A DNA stretch of 64,000 nt, from contig NW_018408774.1 of the NCBI RefSeq assembly GCF_002113885.1, forward strand, positions 148,164 to 212,163. The letters are read 5' to 3'. Position 1 is the first letter of the stretch; the number at the start of each line of letters is the position of its first letter. Both the position numbers and the translations under genes were made by a program. The DNA is from Mizuhopecten yessoensis. Lineage: Eukaryota. The notes below the pieces were generated by a model. The model had not been told where the DNA came from, did no database searches, and saw nothing but the letters and a program-made list of their open reading frames with translations. This document shows, piece after piece, positions 37,501 through 52,500 of the stretch.

Positions 37501-40500
37501 TCTCAAAAATGTCTTTGTAAAGTTTGATGACTGAAATAAACATTATTATAATTCTTCTGCATTGTATACTCATGTGAGTTGTATCAGCATCACAGTAAAG
37601 TAATGCCCCAGTTAGACACTAATATTACTTATATGGTAAAGTAATACCACAGTTAAACTAATATTACTTATATGGTAAATTAATACCACAGTTAAACACT
37701 AATATTACTTATATGGTAAAGTAATATCACAGTTAGACACTAATATTACTTATATGGTAAAGTAATACCACAGTTAAACACTAATATTACTTATATGGTA
37801 AAGTAATACCACAGTTAAACACTAATATTACTTATATGGAAGGGCTGGGAAGCAACTTGAAAACTACAACAAATCACAGTTTTCAACACTGTTTAAAAAT
37901 ATTTGACATCAAAAAGCGATGATTTTTCTCCAGTGTAATTGATAAAGCAAACTCTATAATATTGGCTCAAGCCATTCTTCAAATTCTCCAGCATTTCGAA
38001 TTGTAGTGTCAGAGTTGATAAGACATTTTGATAGAGTCTGCATTACTCGACCACCCAGTCTTTTTACTTTCCTCCTACCGCTCTAGTACAACTTATTACA
38101 GAACAGCCTTTTAGAAACTAACCCTGGACGGCTGGAGCATGTGGTATTTTGACCGTAGGTTCGTAGACACCAGTCACCTGTGGGATCTTGGTATGGAGTA
38201 TATGTGTGGATCGCAGGACCTCGGTTGTCTCCCCTGATGTTGACCCAGTGTCCGAGACAGAAGAATCTTCTTTCTTTCGCCCTCGACCCTTCTTTGTATA
38301 TGTTGTTGTGACTTTCCTCTTTCCCTTATCATCTCCTCTCAATAACTCAATGGAATCATTCAAATCATGCAGTTCTGTAACACACACAAAATAAAATATC
38401 TTTCAAATGTGCATATTGTTATTGCATAAGGATTGAATGGCGTTTTTTAAATTTTCATGCCGGTACGAACACTAATCGGTTACATCCATATCGCATGAAC
38501 CCGCTAATAATTTATAATTAATTTACTGTGTTTTGTTTATCCTTCTAACGACATTAGCGGAATAGCCCTATTTTAGTCAAATTGGCGCTACTAATTAATC
38601 GTAGTCAACTGAGTGTTTGACGTAGGGGGGGGCATTCTCCATGTTAACCATAGCGGAGCGACAAGACTCTCATTGAACAAGGTTAATCCATGACATCATA
38701 AGTAAACCAAGTGTTACGTCACAAGTTTTTGCTTTCATACTCAAATGAAATGCATTTCTGCTGGTAATGTTCATATATAGTGGGTTGCAGCGCAAATGTA
38801 AATATACGACATTAATTAATATTATTTGCCAAAAACTAACAAAGTAAATTGCAATGTACTAAGCAAAGCAGTATTGACACTTCTAACAAAACAAAGTTTT
38901 GTAAGGAATCCACAATTCTGAAAAGTTTGGTATTTTTTTTAAACTTTTTGTTTTTCCAAAATTAAGGACATAACTCTATTTATAGTTGGGCATGTGCATC
39001 AGACATAGCTACAGTATAATACAGTACAAAATTTAACACCATATAGTTACACGACATAACCTTTTGAAACACCTAAAAGTATTAACATATACATTCTGTT
39101 ATGAGGGATTTTAATTACATTTTAAATTCATATCCTTAAATTTACATTAACATTTAATTTTTTTCATCCACATCTTCAAAAACCTACCTTCAGGAGCCAC
39201 AACCCCCAGATCTGCTGGACTTAACTCAATCGTCTGGCAGTCACCATCACTGCTTTGTGGACACTTCACGTCCAACAAATCTATCTCCACATCTCTACTC
39301 AAGTTCAACTCCACCTTGGGTGAGCAAGGCTCCTCTAAACCTATGACCGGCAAATCCAAACATTTGACCAGACTGAATATTTTTTCCTCGTTTTCCCCTG
39401 TATTATCCCTGACTTTTTCCTGTCCGTTCACTCTGCGAGAGTTTCGCATGTTTTGTGTACGACATTTCACTTCAGTTGTACGACTCTTCACTTCAGTTGT
39501 ACATTTACTCGTTGCAGGTTTACGTTTTCCTGTTATTTTCTTTGTCGTCTTGGTAGCACAAACCTCCTCTTCGTTGTCGGACACATCAAAGGTGTAAACA
39601 TCCGTGGCAGCAACAGATGCACAGTTGATGTCGGGATCTTCATTTTTACGCTCAAATTCAATATCTGCAACATTTTTCGATGACATGTCTTTGTTTCCTT
39701 TCCTAGCCGGACGTCCCTTTACAATTTTATCACAGGTTTGATTTTTACTGTTATTTAATTTTGTTTTTCGTCCCTCTTGATTCTCTGTTGTTTTAAGTCT
39801 AATATTTTTATTATTGTCTTTCTCTACAGGGACCTCTGCTGTTTTTGCAGTCTTGACACGACACGGAATCCTAGACCGTCCTTTCTTGTTGGGGTCACTT
39901 TCCCCTGTAGATGTTGAAATTGCTTTTAATAAATCAAGTTTTGGAGTTTTCATAATGTCACACGCATTGCTCGTTTTCTTTCCAGATTTCTTCGTATAGT
40001 TCCTCCCCGTTGTTTTCCCTCGTACAGACTTGACTTTGATATCATCATCACTGTCATCCAGCAGGAGATCGAGTCTTGCTTTGCGACTACACACACTCCG
40101 TGGTGTCTTGAGGGGCATGGACACAGTGTCCTTGTTGTCAGTATACACATATTGTTGACCATGAGGAGTATTACACAGGTCAGTACTCAGTGTTGACCGG
40201 TCACGCTTCGGTGTACTAATGATCGCCTCTTCTCTCAGTAACTTTACTTTTTTGACCGCTGGTTTCTTTACAGTGTTTTCCTTGGCTTCAACAGAAGCAT
40301 TTTTATTTGCTAGCGAAGTCTTTTTGTTCTTTGTCGTCGTCTCCTTTCCTGTGGCACACTGATCAACTTCCACTGTTTCCATATCACTTAATGCCGAGTT
40401 CACACTGGAACAGTCTTCAATCTTGACCTGAGACATTGAGGAAGTGACTTGTGTCATTTCGTCGTCATTATAGAACAGATCAGATGACATGGCCGAGATG

Positions 40501-43500
40501 TTGGTGGCTGAACAGTCCCCTGATACAACCTGCTGCACAGTGTTGAATAGTGGATCACACTGAGACAACACCTGGTGGAGCCGGAGATTGGCCTCCAGCT
40601 GATTGACATGGACGGAAACTCCGGGGACGGCCTCACAGGTGGCTAGTCCTGTTCTAGCTACATTGGCACAGAGTTCCATATCCCCAGAGTCGGACAAAGT
40701 CTGAGCCTGTAGTGTCATCGCCTCCAAGTAGAGTTCTTTCAACGACAGTTTATTTACCTCAGCAACGATCAGTTCGGACTTTAAACAATCCTCATTTAAC
40801 TTTTTCTTCTGTTTCTTTCTCTCTGTTTTACTATTTGAAATTGATGTTCCATCAGACATACGAGTCTCACAAATATTTTGAATACATTTCAATGTCTCTG
40901 ACACCCCTTCACCTAGGCTGACCTGACAGTGTGTCACGACCATTGTCACATTCAGGACCCACAGCGACATCCACGGGTCCGTACAGACGTCACAGGTTTT
41001 CTTGTCTACAATATGGTGATAACATTTCGGCAACACTAATCGACTAGAAAGATTTTCCTCATGGTCCTGTGCCATTTCTTCCTCACTTTCAAACCCAAAG
41101 TTTTCCTCTAATTTCCTGTTCACTGAATGTTTACTTAATATTTTTGTTGGTACGGAAGGTTTGACTTTCACACGTAAAGACGTTGCTGCAATCCGATCAA
41201 GTGTATAACTTTCTAACATGTGATGGCAGTCGGAGACGGTACTTGTTGCATCCTCTATGTTTCCAGACAGGTTATGAATTTTAGCCAGTTCAATCGAAAA
41301 CTGCATAGTCCTGAAATAAAGGGGGGAAAAGAGAAAAATTTAGATAAAATTGCTGGCACGTGAATTAAAGATATTCATCCTTAAATGACATACTTTTACC
41401 AGGAAAAAAGAAAAGCTATACTGAATAAACATTTTCTGAAGTAGTGAAACATACAACCATCACAGAGAATGACTTGTGTGTCTGATACAAATCAGTTCAA
41501 CACTGTGTTCTCATTAGAGTCCTCAACCCTGTCTGCATGTGTAAATGTCTCAGCCGTGTACCTACACAACATTCTGCTGACGGGTATTTAGTGACGTGAT
41601 GTCTACTTTATTGTGACTTGTATGGTTCTCTTGGTTAACATTTAGTATAGTAAAAGTATTTAGCATAATGCAGCCATTTCAATAACCTTAAAGTCATTAC
41701 AGTTGCACAAACTTACAAACAAGTGTACAGTCACTTAACTGAAGATTTACAATATGTTACACCCAACAAAGTTTAAAGGGACCAGCTGATATCTCCCGTA
41801 CTTACCAGTAGGGTAGACAGAGGTGTGAGAGAGTTGCCAGCCCTCCTGTACTTACCAGTAGGGTAGACAGAGGTGGTGAGAGAGTTGCCAGCCCTCCCGT
41901 ACTTACCAGTAGGGTAGACAGAGGTGTGAGAGAGTTGCCAGCCCTCCCGTACTTACCAGTAGGGTAGACAGAGGTGGTGAGAGAGTTGCCAGCCCTCCCG
42001 TACTTACCAGTAGGGTAGACAGAGGTGTGAGAGAGTTGCCAGCCCTCCCGTACTTACCAGTAGGGTAGACAGAGGTGGTGAGAGAGTTGCCAGCCCTCCC
42101 GTAGAAAGCACCTGGCTTCCCTGTCCTCCCCGGCTAGACTGTACAGCCTTCCCAGGTGTAACAGAGATTCCACGAGGTCCCCTACTGCAGACCACTTGTC
42201 AAACGAGTTGCTGCCTACAAAACAGTACACAATTTCAGGAATAAGCTAAACAAGAGGCACACTATGTACAGTTCAAACGTGAAACAATACTAAAACCTTT
42301 CTAAAAAACGTTGGGGAGTTAGAACCAAGGCCCCAAAGTATGCTAGGTAACATTCCACACACCCCACAATCATTTTATAATTAACTCTAAAAGTACATTT
42401 CATCTAATAAAGCATTTATTATTACACAAAAGTTCCTGTTTGTAACTAGATTCTAATATCAGTTACTTTACCATATAACATATTTCAGTCAGCTGGTACT
42501 ATGAAGCATACAAATAATACAAGACACCCACAGTGATCAATCTACATATGAGTCCAGAGTCCTATACTCATAGGGTTTTGATGGGACTCTTAGAATTTCT
42601 GGAAATACTGAAATTTAACAATGTGGGACCCATTGTTTTTAGCAATACAGTTGAAAAGGACCCATGAAAATAAATTGTAGATTGATCACTGCACTAGCTA
42701 GAGCTGTCGCCAGGATGGCTGACTAATACCCTAGCTTTCACCAAGTTATGTATATTTGAGAGTTATACTTCTACGTATTTAGCAGGATAAATAATATTTT
42801 TGTTAACGGGTCAAAACTTTCACAAAAATAACTGATTGCAAATATCCCTAGGGGCAAAACAAAGGGGAATAAAACTCCAGCAAAAAGGGTTGAAATCCCA
42901 ACTTAAAATGCAGCTGCACAACTACATAAGATATCGATCGTTTATGCAAAGCTTCACGGAAATCCACCTGTTAGTTAAGGAGGAGTTGTGCGGACAAGTA
43001 TTTCACACAAAGGGGCATAACTCCATCAAAATGGTCAAAATCCCAAATTAAAATGACGGTGCACAACTACATAAGATACCGAAACTAAATGGTTCCAGTA
43101 TATCCTCCCAGTATACAATCATTCATGCAAAGTTTTAATGAAATACACGTGATAGTTAAGCGAAGTTTTCCGGACAAATTACTACGGACGACATCCGGAC
43201 AGGGTGATTCCAGTATACCCCCCGCCCCCCCACCTCCCTAACTTTGTTGCGGGGGTATCATGATTGTGCTACAGTATATAAATAAACAGTGTACCTATTG
43301 ACTGTTCCATCGTGAAGTTGAGGAACTCCTTCCCCAGGATCAGTTGGACGACACCTGTGTGCATCCTGATGGCATCGAGGGCCAAGTCGAGGATGTACAC
43401 GTTCCGGTACTGCTGTGAACAGTCAGGAAGGCCCAGGAACATGGACATCAGGCGTTTGGCAGTTCCTTCAGCAGAGCACACAGAGCGGGTCTTACACGTC

Positions 43501-46500
43501 TGTGACTCCAGGAGTGATATCACAGAGGTGAGCTGGGTCATACCCTTCTCCAGCTGTAATTACAAAAACCTTTATTAGTATATCCTAATACAGCTTCATC
43601 CCAATATATTCAGCCCGACAAAATGCATGCCAAATGACTTTATTTGGATGTGTATTTAAGACAATGAAACCTTTTATATTGAGAACTAATCACTAAAACT
43701 AGATGTACTGATATACTCTCTCAATGAAACTTTTTATACTGACAGACTTTCACTGAACCTTACTGAAAGATTGTCACAGAAACCTTTTCCTATTGAGAGA
43801 CTGTGTCAAGGAAAAACCTTTATATATTGAGAGTCAATCTCTCTCAAAGAAACTTTTTTACAGAAAAGCTTTCACTGAACCTACCAAAAACCTTTATATA
43901 TTGACACACTCTGTCACAGAAACCTTTATATATTGACACACTCTGTCACAGAAACCTTTATATATTGACACACTCTGTCACAGAAACCTTTTCATATTGA
44001 GAGACTGTGTCAATGAAAGCTTTCGTACTGACAAGACTTCTCATTAAGTCTTCATACCTGGTTATGGTAGAAAGCCTGACGAATGTGGACCAGCATGGCG
44101 TGTACAGCATTGTCCCTCTGTGACCCCTGGAGTTCAGCAAGCTGGTCAGCATCCTCCAGCCACTGTGGTCCAGTGCAGCTTCTGTCTGTTTGTCCCACTA
44201 GGATTCGGGCCTCCAACAACCTGATGTCCAGAGCTGACCGGTCCAAAGTAGGATGTTTGTCCACAAGTTGTTGGGCAAGGTACAGCACGCGTAGCTCATT
44301 TTTTATCTGTTCAGAGAAAGAGATTCTTTATTACTTCAGAATGTTTTGGGCCATTACATTAAAACATATGGAAAAGACACTTTAAAAAGCCTGGTGTTGG
44401 CAGCCAAAATGTCATGCAAAATAATACCTTGTTTTAACTAAAAGGAAAGTCATATCCACCCACTGAAGCAAATTTAGCAACTGTGTATCATAAATTAGAT
44501 TGGTGTTTCAACCAATTGCACCTAGCCATATACTAAGACTTAAGTTAAGTGCTTCTGTGCCTTGCAGGCTATCATATACAGTCATCAGTTATCTTATTTT
44601 ATGTTTTCATACTTCAAACAGAAATGGCTGACAACATTTCTATATTATTAACAAGTTGACAACATATGTCTAATTAAAAAGTTAACTTCATAAATGAATA
44701 TCATAAATTTGTATCACCTATGAATGTGAATCAACTAAACAGCAAAATTAATTCCCTTATTTTTAATCTGCTATGCCCAATACTATCAATCAGTATTTGT
44801 GGTGACAAAGGAAATGGTCGTACCCTCCTGGACAGTCGCAGTATGCTGGAACACAGCATCAAGGTGGTCAGAAGCACACCGGGGTCGGTCCTGTTGTCTA
44901 AACCATCACTTCCTGTCAGGATAGCTTCCCACAATGCAAGAGCACTTTCCAGTTTTTCCATAGCAACAGTTTCCATGGTAAATGTAAACATGGCTGGAGA
45001 TGGGTGTTTTAGAGAGGTGTGGCTACTTGTATCATCCTCTGTGTCTACCGATTCCCCTGTAGACAGATCAGCAGTGGGCGTCGCCTCAGTCACTGGTGGG
45101 GTGGTATGGGACAGGTGAAACATCTGGTCAAATAGAAATATGTGATAGAATAAGATAAATAGATTACCAATCACAGAAAACTAACCAGTCAAATAGAAAT
45201 AGGTAGGTGACCTATCACAAGTTATGCATTTTTTTGTATTCACTTGACAATTTTAGTAGTTAATTCTTCTTCCGTTATTCTTGGAACTCTGTTATTCGAG
45301 TCGTGACCTCATGCTTTTCCTGTGGGATTCATAAACTTTTTAAAGAACCATTATATCTCTTAGTAATGGAACGCATCAAAATTTTGTGGAAAAAAAATCA
45401 GGACTCGCCTGAACTTTTTTTACAAAATCGTTTTTTTTAGAGAACTCTGCAGAGCTATACCTTCCCACATTGAATTCAGCATGTTTTACATTTTTACCTA
45501 TTCAGCATCGTGTTCAATTTACATGAATACTAAACTAGACTTCTTACATTAAATTATAGATGTTTTTATAGATTATTATAGCATTTCCTCACTTTATTAC
45601 AGCATTTCGTGACATAGAACAATCAACTTGTTCCATATATACATACTACTTTATCAAGTACACACCAGACCACAGGAAAGGGAACCTCAAAATCTGTGTT
45701 CAGGAAAAAGTGAAGGAGACGTGTTATAAAATAATATTTCATTCCAAACTGAAGCTCTGTCCTGCTATTTATAACAACTCTGTAAAGCGTTCTCTAACCT
45801 GGTGACACTGGACCTCGTGTTGTATGATATAGGACCAGAGGTAGACCTCGGCTAGAAGTACACTAGATATCGTGTCCCTAGACCCTGACAACACCTCCTC
45901 TGCTTCTTGTATGTAGTCCAGTGAAGACCTACAGAAAACAAAATGTACTCTGATATTGTAAATCTAATTTTATAATTTCATTAAAATGTTTTCATTTTTA
46001 ATGTCAAAATGTAAACATCTCAATCTTGGGAATCTCTATTGACGTAAAAAGAAAAGTTGACTCAAAATAAATATACAGTGTATCACTAAGACTGTATACC
46101 AAGAGTATACTATCCATGTTTCTATAAATATTGTTTATGTATCTGCCTTAGGTCTGTTTCCGAATTGACTGTTGCAGAAGAGTGGGAGGCACCTTTTTAG
46201 AAACCACACGTCACCATTCATGAAATATTAAAAGTGATTTAACATTAGGAATGTTAATATACAGGTGCCTCCCACCTCGACCGTACAATAAATTATAATA
46301 AAAAAAATAATTTGCAATAAACTTACTTGTCTTCAGTGATCCCTTTCATCCATATAAGCTGACCAATGTCCAAGAGTGCCCTGGCCTGGACCGTGGGTGC
46401 TTTGGACACAGTCAGTATCACCTTCAGAATAGTCACTTCCACCTCATTATAACTTCGCCTGTACAAAAAGACACCGACGGATCATTTACCAAGGTATTCT

Positions 46501-49500
46501 ACAAAATACAATCACTTCTGTCCAATGAAATGATAACATGGTGTTAAACAAATCACAACAATAGGAGATGATGTTGTTCTACAAAGAAGATTGTTTCATA
46601 TATCTCCCAGGTATGTTTTCTTCTTTAATCACCTTTTGTTTATTATCTAATTCTGCTTTATTGATTGTTTTGTTGAAGTATTCAGGTAACACAGGATTGA
46701 TATATCCGTAGTGCTATACATGACTAAATAGACCAAGGTCTTCAGCAGGCTTTATAAATCATCAGCTGCCAATTCTGGTAAGTTCTTATAACCTACAATG
46801 TTGATAAACCTTTGACTGAAGTAATGTCTTTGTCAGTTAAATACTTACCTTGTAATTATTGGCTACAATTTGAAAGTATGACACAATTTTCTGTGTGCTG
46901 ACAATGGAAGCTTTGAAATTTGGTTTGGTTTGGTTTTATTTTGTTTAACGTCCTATTAACATCTAAGGTCATTTAAGGACTTGCCTCCGTGTATGTTGTG
47001 TAAGCATGCATGTGTGTATGTGTGCCCGAGACAGGATATCTTTGTGCAGTTGCCTCCTTGTGATAGCACGTATCTGTTGCCGACTTTATAGTGCTATCTC
47101 ACTGAAATACCATGCCGAAGGCACCCAGCACAGCATTCCGCCCGGTCACATTATACTGACAAGTTGACAACAGATGAACCAGTTGTTGCCATTCCCCTAA
47201 ATGTTGAACGTTAAGCAGGGAAAAAACCACTACCATTATTAAGGACTTTGGTATGTTCCAGGCCTGGAGACAAAACACATTGCCTTCCTCACCTGAGCAA
47301 ATGCTCAGCATTAAAGCCAAACCTGAGGTATTGCCAAGCAAGGCGCTGGGAAATAAAAGGTAGTTAGAAGTATAGAGATATATTAAGATCCCAAATTTTG
47401 TGATGGATGCAGTAGATTTATTTTGGTTGCCTTTGTGTCCCCAAATAGAGGACAACAAAGCAAATCCCCAATTCTGCAGGGGTTCCCCACATTAGTCGCC
47501 TCCAACGATTACATGCTGTAGGTACCAGCAGGTGTATTCTTTTCTTGATCCCCGGCCTGGAAGCTTTGACATGTTAACCTACTGAGTACTGAACTGTAAT
47601 TAACCTTTAAAGGTTTATTGGATGATGCTTCATTTACACGTATTTTTGTGTGGTGTCGGTCAAAATGAAAATGTGTTCATCAATGATCGCACCAAAGCAA
47701 GGGACGTTATCAGAAGTTAAACCATTACATGGATTATACAGAGGAAAAACAGTGTTTCAAGGAAACATTATATCACCTGATAGCGACATTAAACAGCCCG
47801 ACATCAAGGAATATGTACTGTACTGAAATATTTGAATATCTGAAAGAATCTGTTCATCGTTTGTCCCCAACTTTGAATCCTAAGCTTCTTCAAATGATCA
47901 GACTTTCTGTAAACAAAGAATGATCACAGAACGTGATTTTTTTTGGAAGTGTCATAAAACATTACCTGTTGTTTCTAAAAGCTAGCAGCTCGAGGTTGAG
48001 TAAATCTGTGATGTCCAGTTTGGTGTCCGGACACCTGGCCAACAGCTGGTCACCTAAAACCCTGCAAATGAGAAAAAATATTAAATCAAGAAGAAGTCAA
48101 ATAGAATCTGACCATGGGAAATGGTAGTTAAACCCTGTAAAATCAAATGGTCACAAGAAAAATCTCAACATAGTCAAAAAGATGAAACCCAATAAAAATA
48201 TATTATAGTCAGAAGAAACTTTGGTATCAACTTCTGCAAAAATCGTTCTATATTACCGGCAATGATGAGGCTCAAACAATGTTAAAAGTTTACTCTATAA
48301 AATTAGCATAAAGGAACACAAATATTTCTATACAAAAAGGTGATCCCCCAATATATTATTTTCCCAGAACTTAATTGTAGGAATCAATGCAAATTAGTGT
48401 TGATTTATGACTTTGAACAATTTGGAGGGGGCAGGATGGATTTTAACAACACTACATGCAACTGCAACCATATAATGGTACAAGTCATAAAAAAACATAC
48501 AAGTCCAAATCTTACATCTGTTTGACAGTGTTGGTTTCGTTTTTGATGGCTTCTTTCTTGGTTCTCACCCACAGCTTGACAGCTGAGGTCATGTGACTGG
48601 AATCTATCAGCAGACAATTCTGGATCGTCTCCATGGCACTCGGTAAATCTCCACACTTCTTTTGGCAATCTGATAAACACTCGTACACCAACCATAAGGA
48701 GACCTGTAACAAAAGACCGAACAGTTACACGGCTGCTTTCTTAAACAATCATAATGTCCAGACATGAACTCATGACTAACGAGATTTTTTTTTTCTCCGA
48801 TTCAAAGTCAACCCAACCCCCTCTACACTGTCATACTATTTTATGATAATGCCCCTTTTTTTTGTTTTGTAGTAACTTCTTTTCTTGATTTTCCTTGTGA
48901 ATTACAGTTTAGCTTTGAGTAAACTTGTGTAATATCACAGAGGTATCTCAAAAGAAGTATACAATATCAAAGTTAACAGAAGATGCCTTTTTAATACAGA
49001 AATCATTTTCGAGAGACCCACAGGACCATTGGTTTCAAATAACCCTTCAAATCTTGTAGAATTAAAACAATTCTGCTAACTAAAAAATTATTGTTTGCTG
49101 ACTTAACACTTTGGAAATTTCCTCCTAAACAGTGAATTGAATTCCATACTTCAGCCATGGAAACATGTCTTTCTCAAACTGACGATACGGTTAAAGTTTT
49201 AGCCCTAGAGAAATCTAACCTCCTGAAGCCTCTGTTGTGTGAGTGACACATCGGATTTCACCCACTGGGTCAGCTGACGACAAGAGATGGTGTACAGTTT
49301 GCAGGCAGAAGTGTTATCTCCCTTTGTAGAGTACAGATGACCAAGCTTGGACATGAGATAACCTGAAATGATAGTGATGGAAATACAGTGTATAACAAGA
49401 TGTCTACCCATGCAAAATGTTTCTGCCAATAATATCACATAATTTCACATTAAATAAACTGCATTTTTATGTTACCGTAGGTTTAAAAATCTAATTCATT

Positions 49501-52500
49501 TTTATGTATTTAAATATATATATAGGTAATGAAGTTGAAACTATTTCAAACTATCAATAATACAGGCAAAATGTTTCTGCCAATATCACATAATTTCACA
49601 TTAAATCCACTGCATTTCCATGTTACCGTAGATTTAAAAATTTAATTTATCTTGGTATTTAAATATGAGAGTTCATGAAGTTGAAATTATTTCAAACTGT
49701 TTGTTCAACCTGCAGATTTTGGCCAAGATAGTTAAGATCAAAACATGTCAAAAATTCCACCAAAAAGTATCAAATATGCCCCATTTTCATTTATAAAACA
49801 ACATTAATGCTAAAATGTAAAGATACTTGTCAAAAACTTTAACCTAAAGGAAACAGCTGGCAGGACTGACAGATGAACAATTGCAGACAAAACTTATAGT
49901 CCCATGGTTTCACCAAAAGGGGGCTAAAAAAATGTTCCTACCACAATAGTGTCTCTCTTGATTAAGTTTCTTTGTGGACCAGTCTAAGGCATCTGACTCC
50001 AGTATTGTATTGTAGCGGTCGGACAGTTCTATCACAGTCTCCATAAAAAACAGGTACGAGTCTCCTTCTGCAAATACAAGGATTTGGAACCACTTACATA
50101 ACAAGACAGTTGAAACTACAATAATTCTATTTGATACTAGTTATCATTTTTATTGTAGCACAACAACTTCGCTGATCTGTGTATTGGTATTCTTACCAAA
50201 TTGATGTGGGCACATCAGAAATTATTTTAAAACTGAACTTTAATTTCTTCCAATACTAAGGTGTAAAGTAACATTGCACATTGTTGTCCATATTGCTGAA
50301 GAAATGATTTTGATAGGAAAATACATGTTTTTGAAAACTTTCTTTTTTATCATAATCATTAGAAAAAATCTTTTTGGATTATTTGTATAGATCTATAAAC
50401 AAACCTTGAGTGTCTTTCAGATATTTGAACAAGATTCGTAGACAAAGTTGTAGATGTTCTACTGATGCAGACTGTTGTTGACCAATCTCAACATCTGCTG
50501 AAAACGAAGCAGCTCCAATCTTCAAAATTTCTCGAACAGTTTCAACAGCAGGAAAGGGAGTTAAATTTTCCATATGTTTCAGCAGAAGTGTGACCATGTC
50601 ATGGATGAATGTCTTGCAGGTCTGTGGCCAGGATGTATAACTATTGTCAAAGGAACTACAGAAAATTTCACTTACATTGGACAACTGTGAAGCAATCTTT
50701 TTCCCACACTTTCCAGTTGTACCCTTGAATAACAAATCCACTACCAGAAAGAGATTTTTAACAACAGAAAAAGCATCTGATACTTGACAAGTAACATTCA
50801 ATTTTGTTTCTTCCAATATATTTTGACAATCACTGATCTTATTTTGAAGAGATCTCTGTAGAATGTACTTAAAGAGGCCTAAAAAGACAGAGAGCAGACT
50901 CCAAGCTTCAGCTTCCGTAGAGAAACCATCTGAGGCCCGTTTGATGAGACTCGACAGAAGATCCTGGGTCAGATCCACATACATCTCTGCGTCTGTGTAC
51001 ATGCCTTTGTCCCTGTACTGAACAGTCACTCTGTCATATCTGACAAAATAAAAACAACACTCAAATTTAAAAGACCTGCACTTTCCCTTTTACAAATCAG
51101 TAAGCCATGGCTTATCAACTTGAAAGTCAAACTTAACAAGGAACACATACCAATTATTTTTCTACACATTACATTACAAAAGAAAATTGATTTTTTATAA
51201 GTTCTGAACACATTGCATACTGTATATGTATATATAATACCAGTATTATTTATTGAAATAATCTTTTATCAAGTTCCCTCTCCTTTTTCTAAACTTATGA
51301 TATAATTGACAAAACAAATACTACAATCTAAAACCATTAACTTTTTAATCACATTTCTAAACTGATTACATGTATTACAAATGTATTTAGATAGTTTGAT
51401 TCTGGTCATCACCTGCTAAATGCCACGAGGTATTTTTCCACAAACACAGCGACAGTAGATGGGCCCAACAGAAGTGTTTTCAGGGCTGCATGTCTTAGTT
51501 TAAGCACAGTGTCTGGTGAGCCGTTACTCTGGTCCTGTTCCAGTTTGGCTGCCACGTTCCACAGGTAACTGTAGGTGTTGTGTATAATGGTATCCACGTT
51601 ACCGGGCGTCGCCTCAATGTTGTAGGATAACTCATCATGTAAGTGTTCAGCAATGGTCAGCTGACTTTCTGGAATTCCCTACAAGAGACAAATTAATAGT
51701 TCTTGCAAAAATTGTTAGTTTTGTTTATTTGTGTTTTACGTCCTATTTAACAGCTATGGTAATTTAATATAAGAACATGCCAGGTTTTGGTGGTGGAGGA
51801 AAGTCAATGTTCTTGGAGAAAAACCACCAACCAACGGCCAGTACCTAACTGCCCCATGCAGGCCTCGAACCCGTGACCCAGTGGTGGAGGGCTAGTGGTA
51901 GCAGGATGTCAAGACGCCTCAACCACTTGGCCACTGCAGCCCCATAATTATTATTTTTTGTAGAAAATGTCAATCAGCCTTTAAAAAAACTTACCATCCA
52001 AAAGAGTACCAATTAATAATGCAATTGAACATTAAAATGCATTTTTTTTATAATCTCAATTATTCTTATATTTCTTTTTAGGGTGTGATATCTATTTCTT
52101 TTGATTTATATTTAAAATTATTTTGATTATACAACCTTTTGTGGGAGTTTAGTAAGGAGATGGTACAGAAGCTTCAACACGGTCAAAGGTTCATTCAGCT
52201 TGACTTCCTCCCTGGCAACCTTGTATCCTAGGTAACAGCTACAGACAGCTTGAAGAAGACTTGTAGATTCTCGACTGCTGCTCACATGGGATACAGATGT
52301 GTGGAGGAACTTGACTGTATACAATCCATACTTGGATTTGTCCTCCCTTTCAGCAGGATTCTTTTTACACAGCAGTGGAGACAGGTAGTTCTAGACGAGA
52401 AATAATTCAAAAAGACAGAAGTTTAATATAGTTTAACATGTTGTACATATGTTTCAGTACTTTCCAGAAGTTATTTCAATATCTTAAAAAAGAGTATCGG

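Noticed and set aside
47099-47458. 119-aa ORF similar to ORF 2276-2776, suggesting paralogous proteins
   Set aside because: The similarity is at DNA level between two copies of a non-coding repeat.
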